A DNA stretch of 64,000 nt from a phage. Location: the sequence record PZ171035.1. One strand, 5' to 3'. Under the pieces are notes generated by a model. The model searched no databases and was not told where the DNA came from. It worked only from the letters and a program-made list of their open reading frames with translations. A program made the translations under genes and the position numbers. This document shows, piece by piece, positions 1 to 9,002 of the stretch. Positions within the stretch are counted from its first letter, which is position 1. Each line of letters opens with the position of its first letter.

Positions 1-11
1 AGGAAATTGAT

Positions 12-242
12 ATGCCAACTTTAAAAGTAGGTTTTAACAAAACCACTAATGTTGCAACTGTACTGGATGCCAGTGGCTCTATCCCAGGTGGTTCCGTAGA
101 AGTAGGAACCTTTGTACATCCAGATGCCACTTATCCAGATAGCTTAGTTATTTTTCATGGTGTTCGTGACCTGCTGTATAAACGTTCTGCTAAAGACCCA
201 AGTAAAGCAGGCTTCTGGCCTAACAACATCGTGGATATGTAG
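12..242 (+). CDS. hypothetical protein
   Basis: 76-aa ORF; ATG at 12 preceded by AGGAA; reading frame is open to the window edge so the true start could lie upstream. Confidence 0.35.
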   Translation: MPTLKVGFNKTTNVATVLDASGSIPGGSVEVGTFVHPDATYPDSLVIFHGVRDLLYKRSAKDPSKAGFWPNNIVDM

Positions 243-257
243 TCTATCTCTATTGAT

Positions 258-845
258 ATGAAAGCTACTCCACGACTGACTATTGCTACCAAACTGTCTC
301 GTGTAGTCTCTGCTATCGAAGGTGAAGACATTAACTGGCATGTTGATGTAGCAGGTGGTAAAGCACCATTTACTTATAAATGGCAATTCAAAGCTAATAC
401 TGCTGGTGCAGCATTCGCTGATATTAGCTCCAGTACTAACCCATCTGCTGCTACTGCAACATTGACCCTTAATAATGTAACAGCTGCTTCTGCTGGCACT
501 TATAAGGTGATTGTTACTGATGCTAATGGAACCACTGTAGAAGATACGTCTTTGCTGGCTGTAGGCTACTACGAAGCAAGTTCACTGGTAGCTACTCCTG
601 CTTCACTGGCTCTGTCTGTTGCTGCTGATACTACTGATGGCAAGAGCGTAACAATTGCTGCTATGCCTGTTGGTTCTTCTGCTGGTGCTTTATCTATCAA
701 GACTGCTCCAGATTCTGCTCGTGCTACGGCTACCATTGCTGGTAATGTACTTACAGTTAAGCCAGTAGCTGCTGGTAATGCTACTTCTGTAGTAGTTACC
801 AACGGTACGGTCGATGTAACCATCGCCATTACTGTTGCAGAATAA
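258..845 (+). CDS. Ig-like domain protein (I-set-like plus BIG2-like repeats), probable capsid decoration or virion surface protein
   Basis: 195 aa; motifs FTYKWQF and AGTYKVIVTD typical of Ig folds; Ala/Thr/Val-rich second half resembles bacterial Ig-like group 2; followed by a strong intrinsic terminator. Confidence 0.55.
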   Translation: MKATPRLTIATKLSRVVSAIEGEDINWHVDVAGGKAPFTYKWQFKANTAGAAFADISSSTNPSAATATLTLNNVTAASAGTYKVIVTDANGTTVEDTSLLAVGYYEASSLVATPASLALSVAADTTDGKSVTIAAMPVGSSAGALSIKTAPDSARATATIAGNVLTVKPVAAGNATSVVVTNGTVDVTIAITVAE

Positions 846-895
846 GAGTATCCTTTGTTTGGGGTTATAAACCCCAATATGAAACTCCCAAGTTT

Positions 896-926
896 GACCT
901 CCCCATCGAAGGGAGGTCTTTTTTTG
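896..926 (+). terminator. rho-independent terminator
   Basis: GACCTCCC-N7-GGGAGGTC stem followed by a T7 run. Confidence 0.7.
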
Positions 927-950
927 GTTTAAACATCCTGGAGCCAGAAA

Positions 951-1139
951 ATGTATAAAGAGATTGCATTTTTCTCATTCTTACTGGGTGGTTTAATAGG
1001 TGCAGGATTTGTAGCTATTTCCAATACCTACTTTGGTTCTACTCCAAACTCTGTAACACAAACTCTCAAGCATGAATGTGAATTAAATATCCCTCGTAAT
1101 CAAAACTGTGTAATGCAGTTCGTACCGGAGAAGAAATGA
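951..1139 (+). CDS. small membrane protein
   Basis: 62 aa with hydrophobic segment FFSFLLGGLIGAGFVAI. Confidence 0.4.
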   Translation: MYKEIAFFSFLLGGLIGAGFVAISNTYFGSTPNSVTQTLKHECELNIPRNQNCVMQFVPEKK

Positions 1140-1345
1140 AAGTAATAAATCGTTCTGAGAACAATGAGGTAACTTTCGGTGATGTACAACCTGCTAATGG
1201 TTTTATTTATAACCAGACAGTGTGCTTAAAGATTCACTTACCTGATGGTAAACCTGCTGCTGTTGCTGTAGAGACGGGAAAATCATTCTGTCTATCTGCA
1301 AGTACATTCGTAACACCAATAAACCTGGAAGGATATTACCTTTGA
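1136..1345 (+). CDS. hypothetical protein
   Basis: 69-aa ORF, ATGA overlap with upstream gene. Confidence 0.4.
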   Translation: MKVINRSENNEVTFGDVQPANGFIYNQTVCLKIHLPDGKPAAVAVETGKSFCLSASTFVTPINLEGYYL

Positions 1346-1527
1346 AATTAACCCAGTCCCAAGCAATCTTCCTTCGTATGGTTCAAGGTGGTTCTGCCAC
1401 CAGCAACCGTAATAACAAAACCGCACAGTCTCTTAAGAAACTGGGCTTAGTTCAGTTCAATACTGGTCTTGGGTGGTCATTAACCCCTATCGGTGTACTT
1501 CAACTCAATGAAATGAAAGGTAACTAA
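1342..1527 (+). CDS. hypothetical protein (TTG start)
   Basis: 61-aa ORF; TTGA overlap with upstream stop; GGAAGGA 8 nt upstream. Confidence 0.35.
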   Translation: MKLTQSQAIFLRMVQGGSATSNRNNKTAQSLKKLGLVQFNTGLGWSLTPIGVLQLNEMKGN

Positions 1528-1857
1528 ATGAAAACTTTACTTAAAGGTATTGCAGTAGCTGCACTGATAGCTTTGGTTTCAAATGCACAGGCAATTGAAC
1601 CTGAACCAATTCTGGAAGGTGCTCAGGCTTACCTGGATGACACCCGTGATGCGTTCGGGCAAGGATTCTTCATGGGCAGTATGATCTCTTATATCGAGAG
1701 TATAAATAATTGCGTTCCCGAAGGTGTTAAGTATTCAGTCATTCTGCCTAAGATTGCCAAAGTAGTTATTTATGATTCTGCAATCCTCAAGATGAAGAAT
1801 ACATCTCAAATTGTTGTGTACTCAGTACACAAGGCATATCCCTGCACTAAATCTTAA
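1528..1857 (+). CDS. secreted/periplasmic protein with N-terminal signal peptide
   Basis: MKTLLKGIAVAALIALVSNAQA signal-peptide-like N-terminus; RBS GAAAGG. Confidence 0.5.
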   Translation: MKTLLKGIAVAALIALVSNAQAIEPEPILEGAQAYLDDTRDAFGQGFFMGSMISYIESINNCVPEGVKYSVILPKIAKVVIYDSAILKMKNTSQIVVYSVHKAYPCTKS

Positions 1858-1891
1858 TCAGCAATCCCATTAGCTTTAGGAGAGTAAGTAA

Positions 1892-2205
1892 ATGGCAAGC
1901 ATCGACTCCTTGACTGTATGTAATTCACGTCAAGCTCGTAACTTTATTATCCGTGCCCTGAAAGCAGGTAACGTACCGTTCCTGACTTCATCACCTGGCA
2001 TGGGTAAATCTGCAATCATTCGTTCTATTGCAGAAGAATTTGGTATGAAGTTAATTGACCACCGTCTATCTACTTCTGCCCCGGAAGACCTGTCTGGCTT
2101 ACCTTTCCGTAATGGTGACCGTGCAGAGTTTATTCCATTCGCTGACTTATTCCCCATTGAGGGAGACGAAGTACCAGAAGGCTATAATGGCTGGCTCTTA
2201 TTCCT
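1892..2205 (+). CDS. AAA+ ATPase (MoxR/AAA_5-like), exon 1
   Basis: Walker A SPGMGKS; ORF ends in LLFL followed by stop; joining to 3088 restores Walker B LLFLDEFN. Confidence 0.6.
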
Positions 2206-3087
2206 TAACTAACGGGGCTTCATGAGAGCAATCTCATGTCGAAAGTTACCTAAACAGGGAACCTCTTCTAAACTGGTTGGCTCAAGTGTATACTTGAGTT
2301 TTAATCAATTGGAGACAATCCTGTGCTAAATAATGAAATTTGGAAAGATGTGCCCGGCTTACCGTATGAAGTTTCCAACTTTGGCGTAGTACGCCGAAAG
2401 GAAGGAAAGTATAAATACAAAAACAGGACACATATAAAACCGTATCTTAATAACAAAGGATACTACTGCGTGAACCTGTACATGAATAGTAAAGTGTACA
2501 AATACCAAGTTCACCGTCTGGTAGGATTAGCCTTTGTACCAAACCCTAATAACTATCCTGTTATTAATCATATAGATGGAAACCCTCTTAATAACCACGA
2601 GAGTAACCTGGAATGGTGTACCCAGTCTCATAACATGAAACATGCTTGGGATACTGGACTGCAAACAAACAGGCACGCTAATGCTAGTAATAAAAATCGT
2701 GGAGGCTCCTCCAAATATGTAGGCGTATCCTGGAGTGAGCAAAGACAAAGATGGTGTGCCCATATAAGGGTTAACAAGAAATCTATTGGTTTGGGACGTT
2801 ACAAAACAGAGGAAGAAGCTGCTAAAGCTTACGACTCCTACGTAACTAATAACAATCTTACACAGATTGGGTACAGTACCAATTTCATTTAAACGCCAAA
2901 CGACTATCGAAAACACACAGAAATGTGGAAGTGAGTAGAGTAGGGTGCAAGCCAATGGCACTCGAAACGGTAACAGCCCTAGCAATAGGGCTTTGATATA
3001 GTCTCCTCTGCATGGTGACATGCAGCAGTCAGTATTCACTGAGTGTACTGACGGCATTAGTAGTTGCGAACTAATGTGAAGATAATG
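2206..3087 (+). mobile_element. group I intron with embedded HNH homing endonuclease gene
   Basis: Interrupts the ATPase ORF inside Walker B; exon 1 ends in U (2205) able to G-U pair with GGGG at 2214-2217 (P1); intron ends in G (3087); P7-like pairing GACTAT(2902-2907)/ATAGTC(2998-3003); GATATAGTCTCC resembles the S element; several stem-loops incl. CTGCATG-GTGA-CATGCAG (GNRA loop). Confidence 0.6.
2323..2892 (+). CDS. HNH homing endonuclease with NUMOD4-like N-terminus and AP2-like DNA-binding domain
   Basis: GTG start with GGAGA RBS; EIWKDVPGLPYEVSNFGVVRR (NUMOD4-like); HIDGNPLNNHESNLEW (HNH); YVGVSW...RWCAHIRV...GRYKTEEEAAKAYD (AP2-like). Confidence 0.75.
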   Translation: MLNNEIWKDVPGLPYEVSNFGVVRRKEGKYKYKNRTHIKPYLNNKGYYCVNLYMNSKVYKYQVHRLVGLAFVPNPNNYPVINHIDGNPLNNHESNLEWCTQSHNMKHAWDTGLQTNRHANASNKNRGGSSKYVGVSWSEQRQRWCAHIRVNKKSIGLGRYKTEEEAAKAYDSYVTNNNLTQIGYSTNFI

Positions 3088-3826
3088 CGATGAGTTTAAC
3101 TCAGCTAAGAAAGAAGTAGTAGCTGCTGCATACAAACTAATTCTCGACCGTATGACTGGTCAGAAAAAACTCCATCCTAATGTGATGATTGTCTGTGCTG
3201 GTAACAAAGCTACCGACCGTGCCATTGTTAACCCACTGGGTACTGCAATGCAGTCTCGTGTGATTCACTTCGAGATGGAACTCAACTTCGACATCTTTGT
3301 TGAAGACGTAATGATTCCTCAGCAATGGGATGAACGTCTGGTTGCATTCTTACATGCTAACCCAGGTTATCTGCATGACTTCGACCCAGCCCATAAGAAC
3401 AAAACATTCTGTTGTCCACGTACTTGGGACTTTGTTAACAAAGACCTCAAGAATCAGCCGGAAGGTGCTCTGCCTGATGAAGATTCTATCTACTATGCAG
3501 GTCACGTTACTGCCGGTAAAGCTACAGAATTTGTTCAGTTTACTCAGGTATATAATCGTATCATTACGATTGAGAAGGTAGTCAAAGACCCACTGGGCTG
3601 TGCATTACCGGAAGATAACAACCTGTGCTGGGCTACCGTTAACCATCTGGCTAACAAAACTACTGAAGAGAATTTCGCTGAAGTTCTTCAGTACATTGAA
3701 CGCTTTAAAACGTTCACCCATAAGATTCTGTACTTCCGCACAGTAGGCAAAGCATTACCAGAAATTCAGGCTACACCTGAATGGCGTAAGGCTGCTGCTA
3801 ATGTCTCTCGTTACATTCACGGGTAA
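3088..3826 (+). CDS. AAA+ ATPase, exon 2
   Basis: Frame open from 3086; reads DEFNSAKKEVVAAAYKL...VMIVCAGN (sensor-1-like); the ORF-track start at 3152 is an internal Met. Confidence 0.6.
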
Positions 3827-5009
3827 TCACAAAATGAACCAATTTCCTCAGCACACACTTAGTGATGAACAACTCATGCGTGAGTATGACCGTATTCAGG
3901 CCCAAGCCTTCCTGGGCAAGTCTGCTGCGTTCTTTGGTTCATTACTGTGTAGCCTTAAATTCTCATGGAAACGTGAGGATTGTCCCACTGCATGTACCGA
4001 TGGGATAGAACTCCATTTCAACCCAGATTTCTTTATCTGGATGTGTCCAGATGCAAGAGAAACAGTGTTAATGCACGAATTATGGCATGTGGCATATCTA
4101 CATGACATCCGTCGTGGAAGCCGTGACCCAGAAGTCTGGAACCAGGCATGTGACCACTTCATTAACCTTCAGTTAGAAGAGGATGGTTATAAGTTCACTG
4201 GTATTGATGAAGGCATTTGCAAAGACCCCCAATATAAAGGATGGGTCGAAGAAGACATCTACGATGACCTGATGAAGAACCCTCAGAAAAGGCAGAAGCC
4301 GTCAGGGGGTGCTGGAGCAGGTCTTGCTGGCGACATGAAATCCCCCACTTCGGGGCAGTCCCAGGGTGCTGTTGTCAACAACGTAGTACGTGCAATGCAG
4401 AGCCAGAAGATGGCAGGTGGAACAATGCCCGGTAAAGGTGCTGGTCGTATGGAAGAGGTTATTACCCAATTCCTTAAACCAGTGGTTCCATGGCAGGAAG
4501 TCCTTATGAACTTCTTTACCGACATTGATGACACTCATTATACGTGGGCCAGACCTAACCGTCGTTACACTGACATCTATCTACCTTCTTTAGAAGATGA
4601 TGAAGGGCGTTTACGACACTTAGCCTACTTTGAGGATGTATCTGGTTCCATCAGTAGTGCTGACTCTCTGCGTTTTAACTCAGAGGTTGCCTACGTTAAG
4701 AGCCAGTTTAATCCTAAGAAGATGTCATTAATTACCTTCGACGATATTATCCAAGAAGAGATAGACATCACTGAAGAAGATACTTTTGAGGAGATTAAGA
4801 TTACTGGTCGTGGTGGTACAAACCTGGAACCAGTGCGTGATTGGATTATTAAGAATAAGCCAACCGCTGCAATCATATTCTCCGATATGTATGTTCGTCC
4901 AATGGAAGAATTGCCATTTGATATTCCTATCATCTGGTGTGTTCTGAATAATCCCAATGCTACCGTACCTTTTGGGGAGGTAGTTCATATCCCTAAAGGA
5001 ATGAAATAA
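3801..5009 (+). CDS. vWA-domain protein with metallopeptidase-like HExxH motif
   Basis: 402 aa; HELWH motif in N-terminal half; C-terminal half vWA-like; alternative in-frame start at 3834 just after ATPase stop. Confidence 0.55.
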   Translation: MSLVTFTGNHKMNQFPQHTLSDEQLMREYDRIQAQAFLGKSAAFFGSLLCSLKFSWKREDCPTACTDGIELHFNPDFFIWMCPDARETVLMHELWHVAYLHDIRRGSRDPEVWNQACDHFINLQLEEDGYKFTGIDEGICKDPQYKGWVEEDIYDDLMKNPQKRQKPSGGAGAGLAGDMKSPTSGQSQGAVVNNVVRAMQSQKMAGGTMPGKGAGRMEEVITQFLKPVVPWQEVLMNFFTDIDDTHYTWARPNRRYTDIYLPSLEDDEGRLRHLAYFEDVSGSISSADSLRFNSEVAYVKSQFNPKKMSLITFDDIIQEEIDITEEDTFEEIKITGRGGTNLEPVRDWIIKNKPTAAIIFSDMYVRPMEELPFDIPIIWCVLNNPNATVPFGEVVHIPKGMK

Positions 5010-5515
5010 TGGTTGTTAATGGTAATTCTCTATATCGCTCATCTCAGTTGCTGGATGTACCAGACCGTAAGGTATCCAAGCATGGTGTAAGCTATGGGTT
5101 GGGTGAAGCTGGTTATGATATTCGTATCAAACAGGATATTACCTTCTATCGCTTATTTGGGTTGATTCCAATGGTGAAGGTCGTTGATGGAAATCAAGTA
5201 TCACGCCATCTCGGTAAGTTCACATTGGCTTCGGCAATCGAGAAGTTCAACATGTCTCCTTCCTGTGTAGCAATCGTTCACGATAAATCTACATGGGCAA
5301 GACGTGCATTATCAGTGTTCAATACCGTAATAGAACCAGGATGGAAAGGGTATCTCACCCTTGAACTGGTCTACCATGGTCGTAAGAAATTGCATATCCC
5401 GGCTGGTTCTGGGATAGCTCAAGTATTATTTCATCTGGTTCAAGAACCTGCTAATTACAATGGCAAGTATCAGAACCAGGAAAACCAACCAGTAGCTGCT
5501 AGACCTTCAAAATAA
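5009..5515 (+). CDS. dcd: dCTP deaminase / dUTPase-fold protein
   Basis: 168 aa; GYDIR and PGWKGYLTLEL motifs resemble the dCTP deaminase family. Confidence 0.55.
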   Translation: MVVNGNSLYRSSQLLDVPDRKVSKHGVSYGLGEAGYDIRIKQDITFYRLFGLIPMVKVVDGNQVSRHLGKFTLASAIEKFNMSPSCVAIVHDKSTWARRALSVFNTVIEPGWKGYLTLELVYHGRKKLHIPAGSGIAQVLFHLVQEPANYNGKYQNQENQPVAARPSK

Positions 5516-5545
5516 AAGGCTATCCGGCTTAATTAAGGAAACAAC

Positions 5546-5755
5546 ATGTCAGTATTTCAAGTAACTCATGCAACCTCAGATGTACGCTTAACCATTAATG
5601 CTGTAAATGTAATTGCAGTAGAACAGATTCCACAGTCTGACCATGCACGCGTAATATTTGTAGATAAGAACTATATAGAAACCAAAGAAACCTATCGTTC
5701 TGTACGTAATTACCTGAAAAAAGCTCTTGCTCCTGCAAATAAAGATGCTGAGTAA
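5546..5755 (+). CDS. hypothetical protein
   Basis: 69-aa ORF followed by a 12-bp perfect hairpin. Confidence 0.4.
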   Translation: MSVFQVTHATSDVRLTINAVNVIAVEQIPQSDHARVIFVDKNYIETKETYRSVRNYLKKALAPANKDAE

Positions 5756-5766
5756 GTAGCTGCCTA

Positions 5767-5793
5767 AATAGCCCAACATAGTTGGGCTATTTG
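5767..5793 (+). terminator. hairpin, terminator-like
   Basis: AAATAGCCCAAC-ATA-GTTGGGCTATTT perfect 12-bp stem; weak T tract. Confidence 0.4.
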
Positions 5794-5828
5794 TGAAGAA
5801 ACTAACTCAACCTCACATAGGAACCATC

Positions 5829-6071
5829 ATGGAATCTTTAGCAGCAATCCTTGTTATGTTGTTTGTATTAGCGGTATACCTTATCCCTACTATCATTGCT
5901 TTTTCACGAGGCCATGCCTCTAAGTGGGGCATTGGTGTGCTCAATATCGTATTAGGCTGGTCACTAGTATTTTGGGTAGTAGCACTGATTTGGTCACTGT
6001 CCAACAAAGGTCAGAACCAGGTTACGAATGTAACTGTTGTTCAAACCAATGGTGGCAGTAAAGCAGAGTAA
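5829..6071 (+). CDS. superinfection-immunity-like small membrane protein (Imm-family-like)
   Basis: PTIIAFSRGHASKWGIGVLNIVLGWSLVFWVVALIWSL; ORF-track GTG start at 5793 lies inside the upstream hairpin, so ATG 5829 with AGGA RBS is preferred. Confidence 0.45.
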   Translation: MESLAAILVMLFVLAVYLIPTIIAFSRGHASKWGIGVLNIVLGWSLVFWVVALIWSLSNKGQNQVTNVTVVQTNGGSKAE

Positions 6072-6145
6072 CTAATCTAAGCATCATTACATAGTGGTGC
6101 TTGTGGAAGTTGCTTCCAGCTCATTGCTTATCCATCTCCTAACCC

Positions 6146-6172
6146 AAGCCCACCTAACCCGTGGGCTTTTTT
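6146..6172 (+). terminator. rho-independent terminator
   Basis: AGCCCAC-CTAACCC-GTGGGCT followed by T6. Confidence 0.7.
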
Positions 6173-6188
6173 AATTATAGGTACTCTT

Positions 6189-6569
6189 ATGACAAACAGA
6201 CAAAATGGTAAGTCTATCCTACAAGGACTGGACTTCGGTAAGCTGGAACAAACTGCAATGCTTGCTTTGGGTAAAGCTATACATGACCAAGTGGATAATG
6301 AAATTGAAGCAGATCTTTATGCAACAATGCAGGCTCTTATTCAGAAAAAATGGACTACTACCAGAGCTTTTCCTTCATACATTCCTTCAGAACCCCATCT
6401 GAAATCTAAGGTAGACAGAATCATAGATAAGTTCTGGCTTAGCCCCCATTATGACGAAATGCATCTTTACTTGGCTCAAATACAAAAGAATCCTTATACC
6501 AAGGATGTGTTCAAAGGAAAGAGCACTACCCACCACTACCCCTGGTATAGAAGAGGTAGTAAATACTAA
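6189..6569 (+). CDS. hypothetical protein
   Basis: 126-aa ORF. Confidence 0.45.
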   Translation: MTNRQNGKSILQGLDFGKLEQTAMLALGKAIHDQVDNEIEADLYATMQALIQKKWTTTRAFPSYIPSEPHLKSKVDRIIDKFWLSPHYDEMHLYLAQIQKNPYTKDVFKGKSTTHHYPWYRRGSKY

Positions 6570-7012
6570 TGCGTATCCCATTCCTAAGAAAAAGAGAGCA
6601 AAGGCGTGTTCTTTATAAGAAGGACATAGAGGATGAGTATGAACTCAACCGTAAAGCCCGTTCCTACACAGCAAAATTATTCATGGGGACTAGCAACCCT
6701 GATAGATTACTGGACTTTGTTTTCGAACAAGTCTTTATAATATACAGCTTAGCTATGTCTGCTGGTTCACAAGAAGTAAGTGATAAGGCAAGAGATGCTC
6801 TCTGTATGCTCCGTAAAGAGTATGAAGCCCTCATGTATGAAGACTTGTACTCCTTTAAAAAAGAAACCGCTGTAGCGTGTTCTGTGGCTCTTACTGAAGG
6901 TATAGCAGTATTACAGGAACTACCCCGTAGTGAGTTTAAGCTGGTATATGTTCAGGCCAAGAAGATTACAGAAAGCCGTAGTGGTATCACCAACTATCTA
7001 AGGTCATTCTAA
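6569..7012 (+). CDS. hypothetical protein
   Basis: 147-aa ORF; start/stop overlaps with both neighbours. Confidence 0.45.
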   Translation: MRIPFLRKREQRRVLYKKDIEDEYELNRKARSYTAKLFMGTSNPDRLLDFVFEQVFIIYSLAMSAGSQEVSDKARDALCMLRKEYEALMYEDLYSFKKETAVACSVALTEGIAVLQELPRSEFKLVYVQAKKITESRSGITNYLRSF

Positions 7013-7956
7013 TGATTAAGGCAACTGTCATTGCAGATTCCGTGCATCATGCAACAGGTACTCGTATTACTACCTTTGAATTGGTTTACCCCCGATTCAT
7101 TCACAGTGAATTTATGACCCACCGTGTATTCAACCGTAATGCTTCAAGTAGCCGTGCTATTCCCACTGCTAAGTTCATCGAACAGGTTCGTAATGAACCA
7201 GTGATGCCAAGTCACTGGGGCAAGAACCAGAAAGGTATGCAAGCAGAGGAAGAACTCACTCCTATGGAGATTGAGGATGCTAAGTTTATCTGGGATAACG
7301 CTGCTTCTGCTGCTGCTGTGTATGCTGAACAACTACGTCGTGGGCAAGTACATAAGCAGATTGTTAACCGTATCTTGGAACCATTCACACATATTCGTGT
7401 AGTGGTAACTTCAACTAGCTGGGCTAACTTCTATGGACTGCGTGACCACAAAGATGCACAACCAGAGATTCGTGAACTGGCTCAAGCAATGCGTAAGGCA
7501 CAGGAAGAAAGTACACCAAGAGCATTACCATATGGGCAATGGCATATGCCGTACATTACTCATATTGACCGTGTTGGGGCTTACAATTTCTGCAAACGCA
7601 ATCGAATTACACGCGATGAACCAAGTGATGCAGAAGTGCATGGATTACTTCTCAAGATAAGTGCTGCACGCTGTGCTCGTGCTTCCTATAACAACTTTGA
7701 AGGACGTCCATCTACTATCGAAGAAGACCTTGGCTTATTCGCTAAGTTAGTGGAAAACCAACCTATACATGCTTCGCCAACGGAACATCAGGCTACACCT
7801 ATGAACCTTGGTGAGAAGTATGTAAATAACATGAACCCAGTTACTTGGGAACAAGGTGTTACATCCATGGATAAAGAAGGGAATCTGTACTCAGGCAACC
7901 TACTTCACTTTATCCAATTACGTAAATTAATCCCTGGTGAGACTATTACTGAATGA
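7012..7956 (+). CDS. thyX: flavin-dependent thymidylate synthase (ThyX-like)
   Basis: 314 aa; THRVFNRNASSSR resembles the ThyX RHR-x7-S signature. Confidence 0.5.
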   Translation: MIKATVIADSVHHATGTRITTFELVYPRFIHSEFMTHRVFNRNASSSRAIPTAKFIEQVRNEPVMPSHWGKNQKGMQAEEELTPMEIEDAKFIWDNAASAAAVYAEQLRRGQVHKQIVNRILEPFTHIRVVVTSTSWANFYGLRDHKDAQPEIRELAQAMRKAQEESTPRALPYGQWHMPYITHIDRVGAYNFCKRNRITRDEPSDAEVHGLLLKISAARCARASYNNFEGRPSTIEEDLGLFAKLVENQPIHASPTEHQATPMNLGEKYVNNMNPVTWEQGVTSMDKEGNLYSGNLLHFIQLRKLIPGETITE

Positions 7957-8192
7957 AAAAACTAGCTCTATATGCAATGCTAACTAGTGGCTTACTCACA
8001 TTAATCTTCGCATACAAAGTCGCCTTTGTATTAGAAACAGATATGCAGTTCATTCGAGCCAGTATTCTGTTCTTCGTAAGTGAGATTGGTTTGTGGTGTC
8101 TTTATTATATTGCTCGCGACTATGAAGCAATTCGAGAACACGATGAAGCAAAGGAACGTATGAGACGCTTCATTGAAGAAAATAGTAAGTAA
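7953..8192 (+). CDS. small membrane protein
   Basis: 79 aa, two hydrophobic segments; followed by terminator. Confidence 0.45.
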   Translation: MKKLALYAMLTSGLLTLIFAYKVAFVLETDMQFIRASILFFVSEIGLWCLYYIARDYEAIREHDEAKERMRRFIEENSK

Positions 8193-8198
8193 ACCTAA

Positions 8199-8223
8199 GA
8201 CCTCCTCCGGGAGGTCTTTTTTT
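8199..8223 (+). terminator. rho-independent terminator
   Basis: GACCTCC-TCCG-GGAGGTC followed by T7. Confidence 0.7.
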
Positions 8224-8252
8224 GGTTTCAACTAACTCTTTTAGGAGGGTTT

Positions 8253-8465
8253 ATGCCTGCTAAATACCGTATCAAAGACACCCCAGTAATGTGTGAGGGT
8301 GAGAAGGGTGACATTGTATATGCCTGTGTTCAGGATGATTTCAATGCTGCCCAAATGCTAACCCAAATGACAAATACACTGCATGTATCAGTAACACTGG
8401 ACCCTACCGGTGACTATCCATGCTTCCCTATTCCTGCCCATAACCTGGAGCAAATTCATGATTAA
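8253..8465 (+). CDS. hypothetical protein
   Basis: 70-aa ORF with upstream GGAGGG. Confidence 0.4.
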   Translation: MPAKYRIKDTPVMCEGEKGDIVYACVQDDFNAAQMLTQMTNTLHVSVTLDPTGDYPCFPIPAHNLEQIHD

Positions 8466-8772
8466 CCCTGAAGTAATACATAGTAAAACCGGTAAGGCTG
8501 TCCCACTTAGTGAGATTGCAGTTACAGGTGATATTGCTACTTGTCCAGCAAACATTGCCTCCCTGTGTATGTGCATTGCTGCACTAGCAGAAGAACGTAA
8601 GTTATGGTTGGAGCCAAGTAAAGAAATGGTACTGGCTGGTATGGCTGAACTGAATGCACTATTGAAAGAAATGTATGACGAAAATGGTCAATTAGTTGAA
8701 CCAACTGATGAACAAATTTCAGACGCTGTAGTATTTGTACTACAAGCAATGGCGGAGAAACGAAATGGCTAA
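8458..8772 (+). CDS. hypothetical protein
   Basis: ATGA overlap with upstream stop; ORF-track start at 8410 judged too far upstream. Confidence 0.4.
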   Translation: MINPEVIHSKTGKAVPLSEIAVTGDIATCPANIASLCMCIAALAEERKLWLEPSKEMVLAGMAELNALLKEMYDENGQLVEPTDEQISDAVVFVLQAMAEKRNG

Positions 8773-8959
8773 TGCTACAGTAAAAAGCAAAAACCAATAC
8801 TCCATCTCTATTGATGGCCTATCTAAAGAAGATTTACTAATTCTAGCTAGTTTTATGCAAAACAGTCCTTTTGGTTACAGTCCCCATGAGGAACCAGAAA
8901 AAGAACGAGAATTGCGTAAAGAAATCTTTGAAGCCTGTAAATCAGCATTAGATTCTTAA
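8765..8959 (+). CDS. hypothetical protein
   Basis: ATGGCTAA overlap start; 64 aa. Confidence 0.3.
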   Translation: MANATVKSKNQYSISIDGLSKEDLLILASFMQNSPFGYSPHEEPEKERELRKEIFEACKSALDS

Positions 8960-9002
8960 TAGTCATAACCAAGAAGCAACATTTAATCTGGAGAGTAAAT
9001 AA

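Noticed and set aside
2206-3087. Intein or simple gene split as an alternative explanation for the interrupted ATPase
   Set aside because: The HNH ORF has its own start and RBS and is flanked by stop codons in the ATPase frame, so it is not an in-frame intein; the flanking RNA has intron-like structure and correct U/G splice-site nucleotides.
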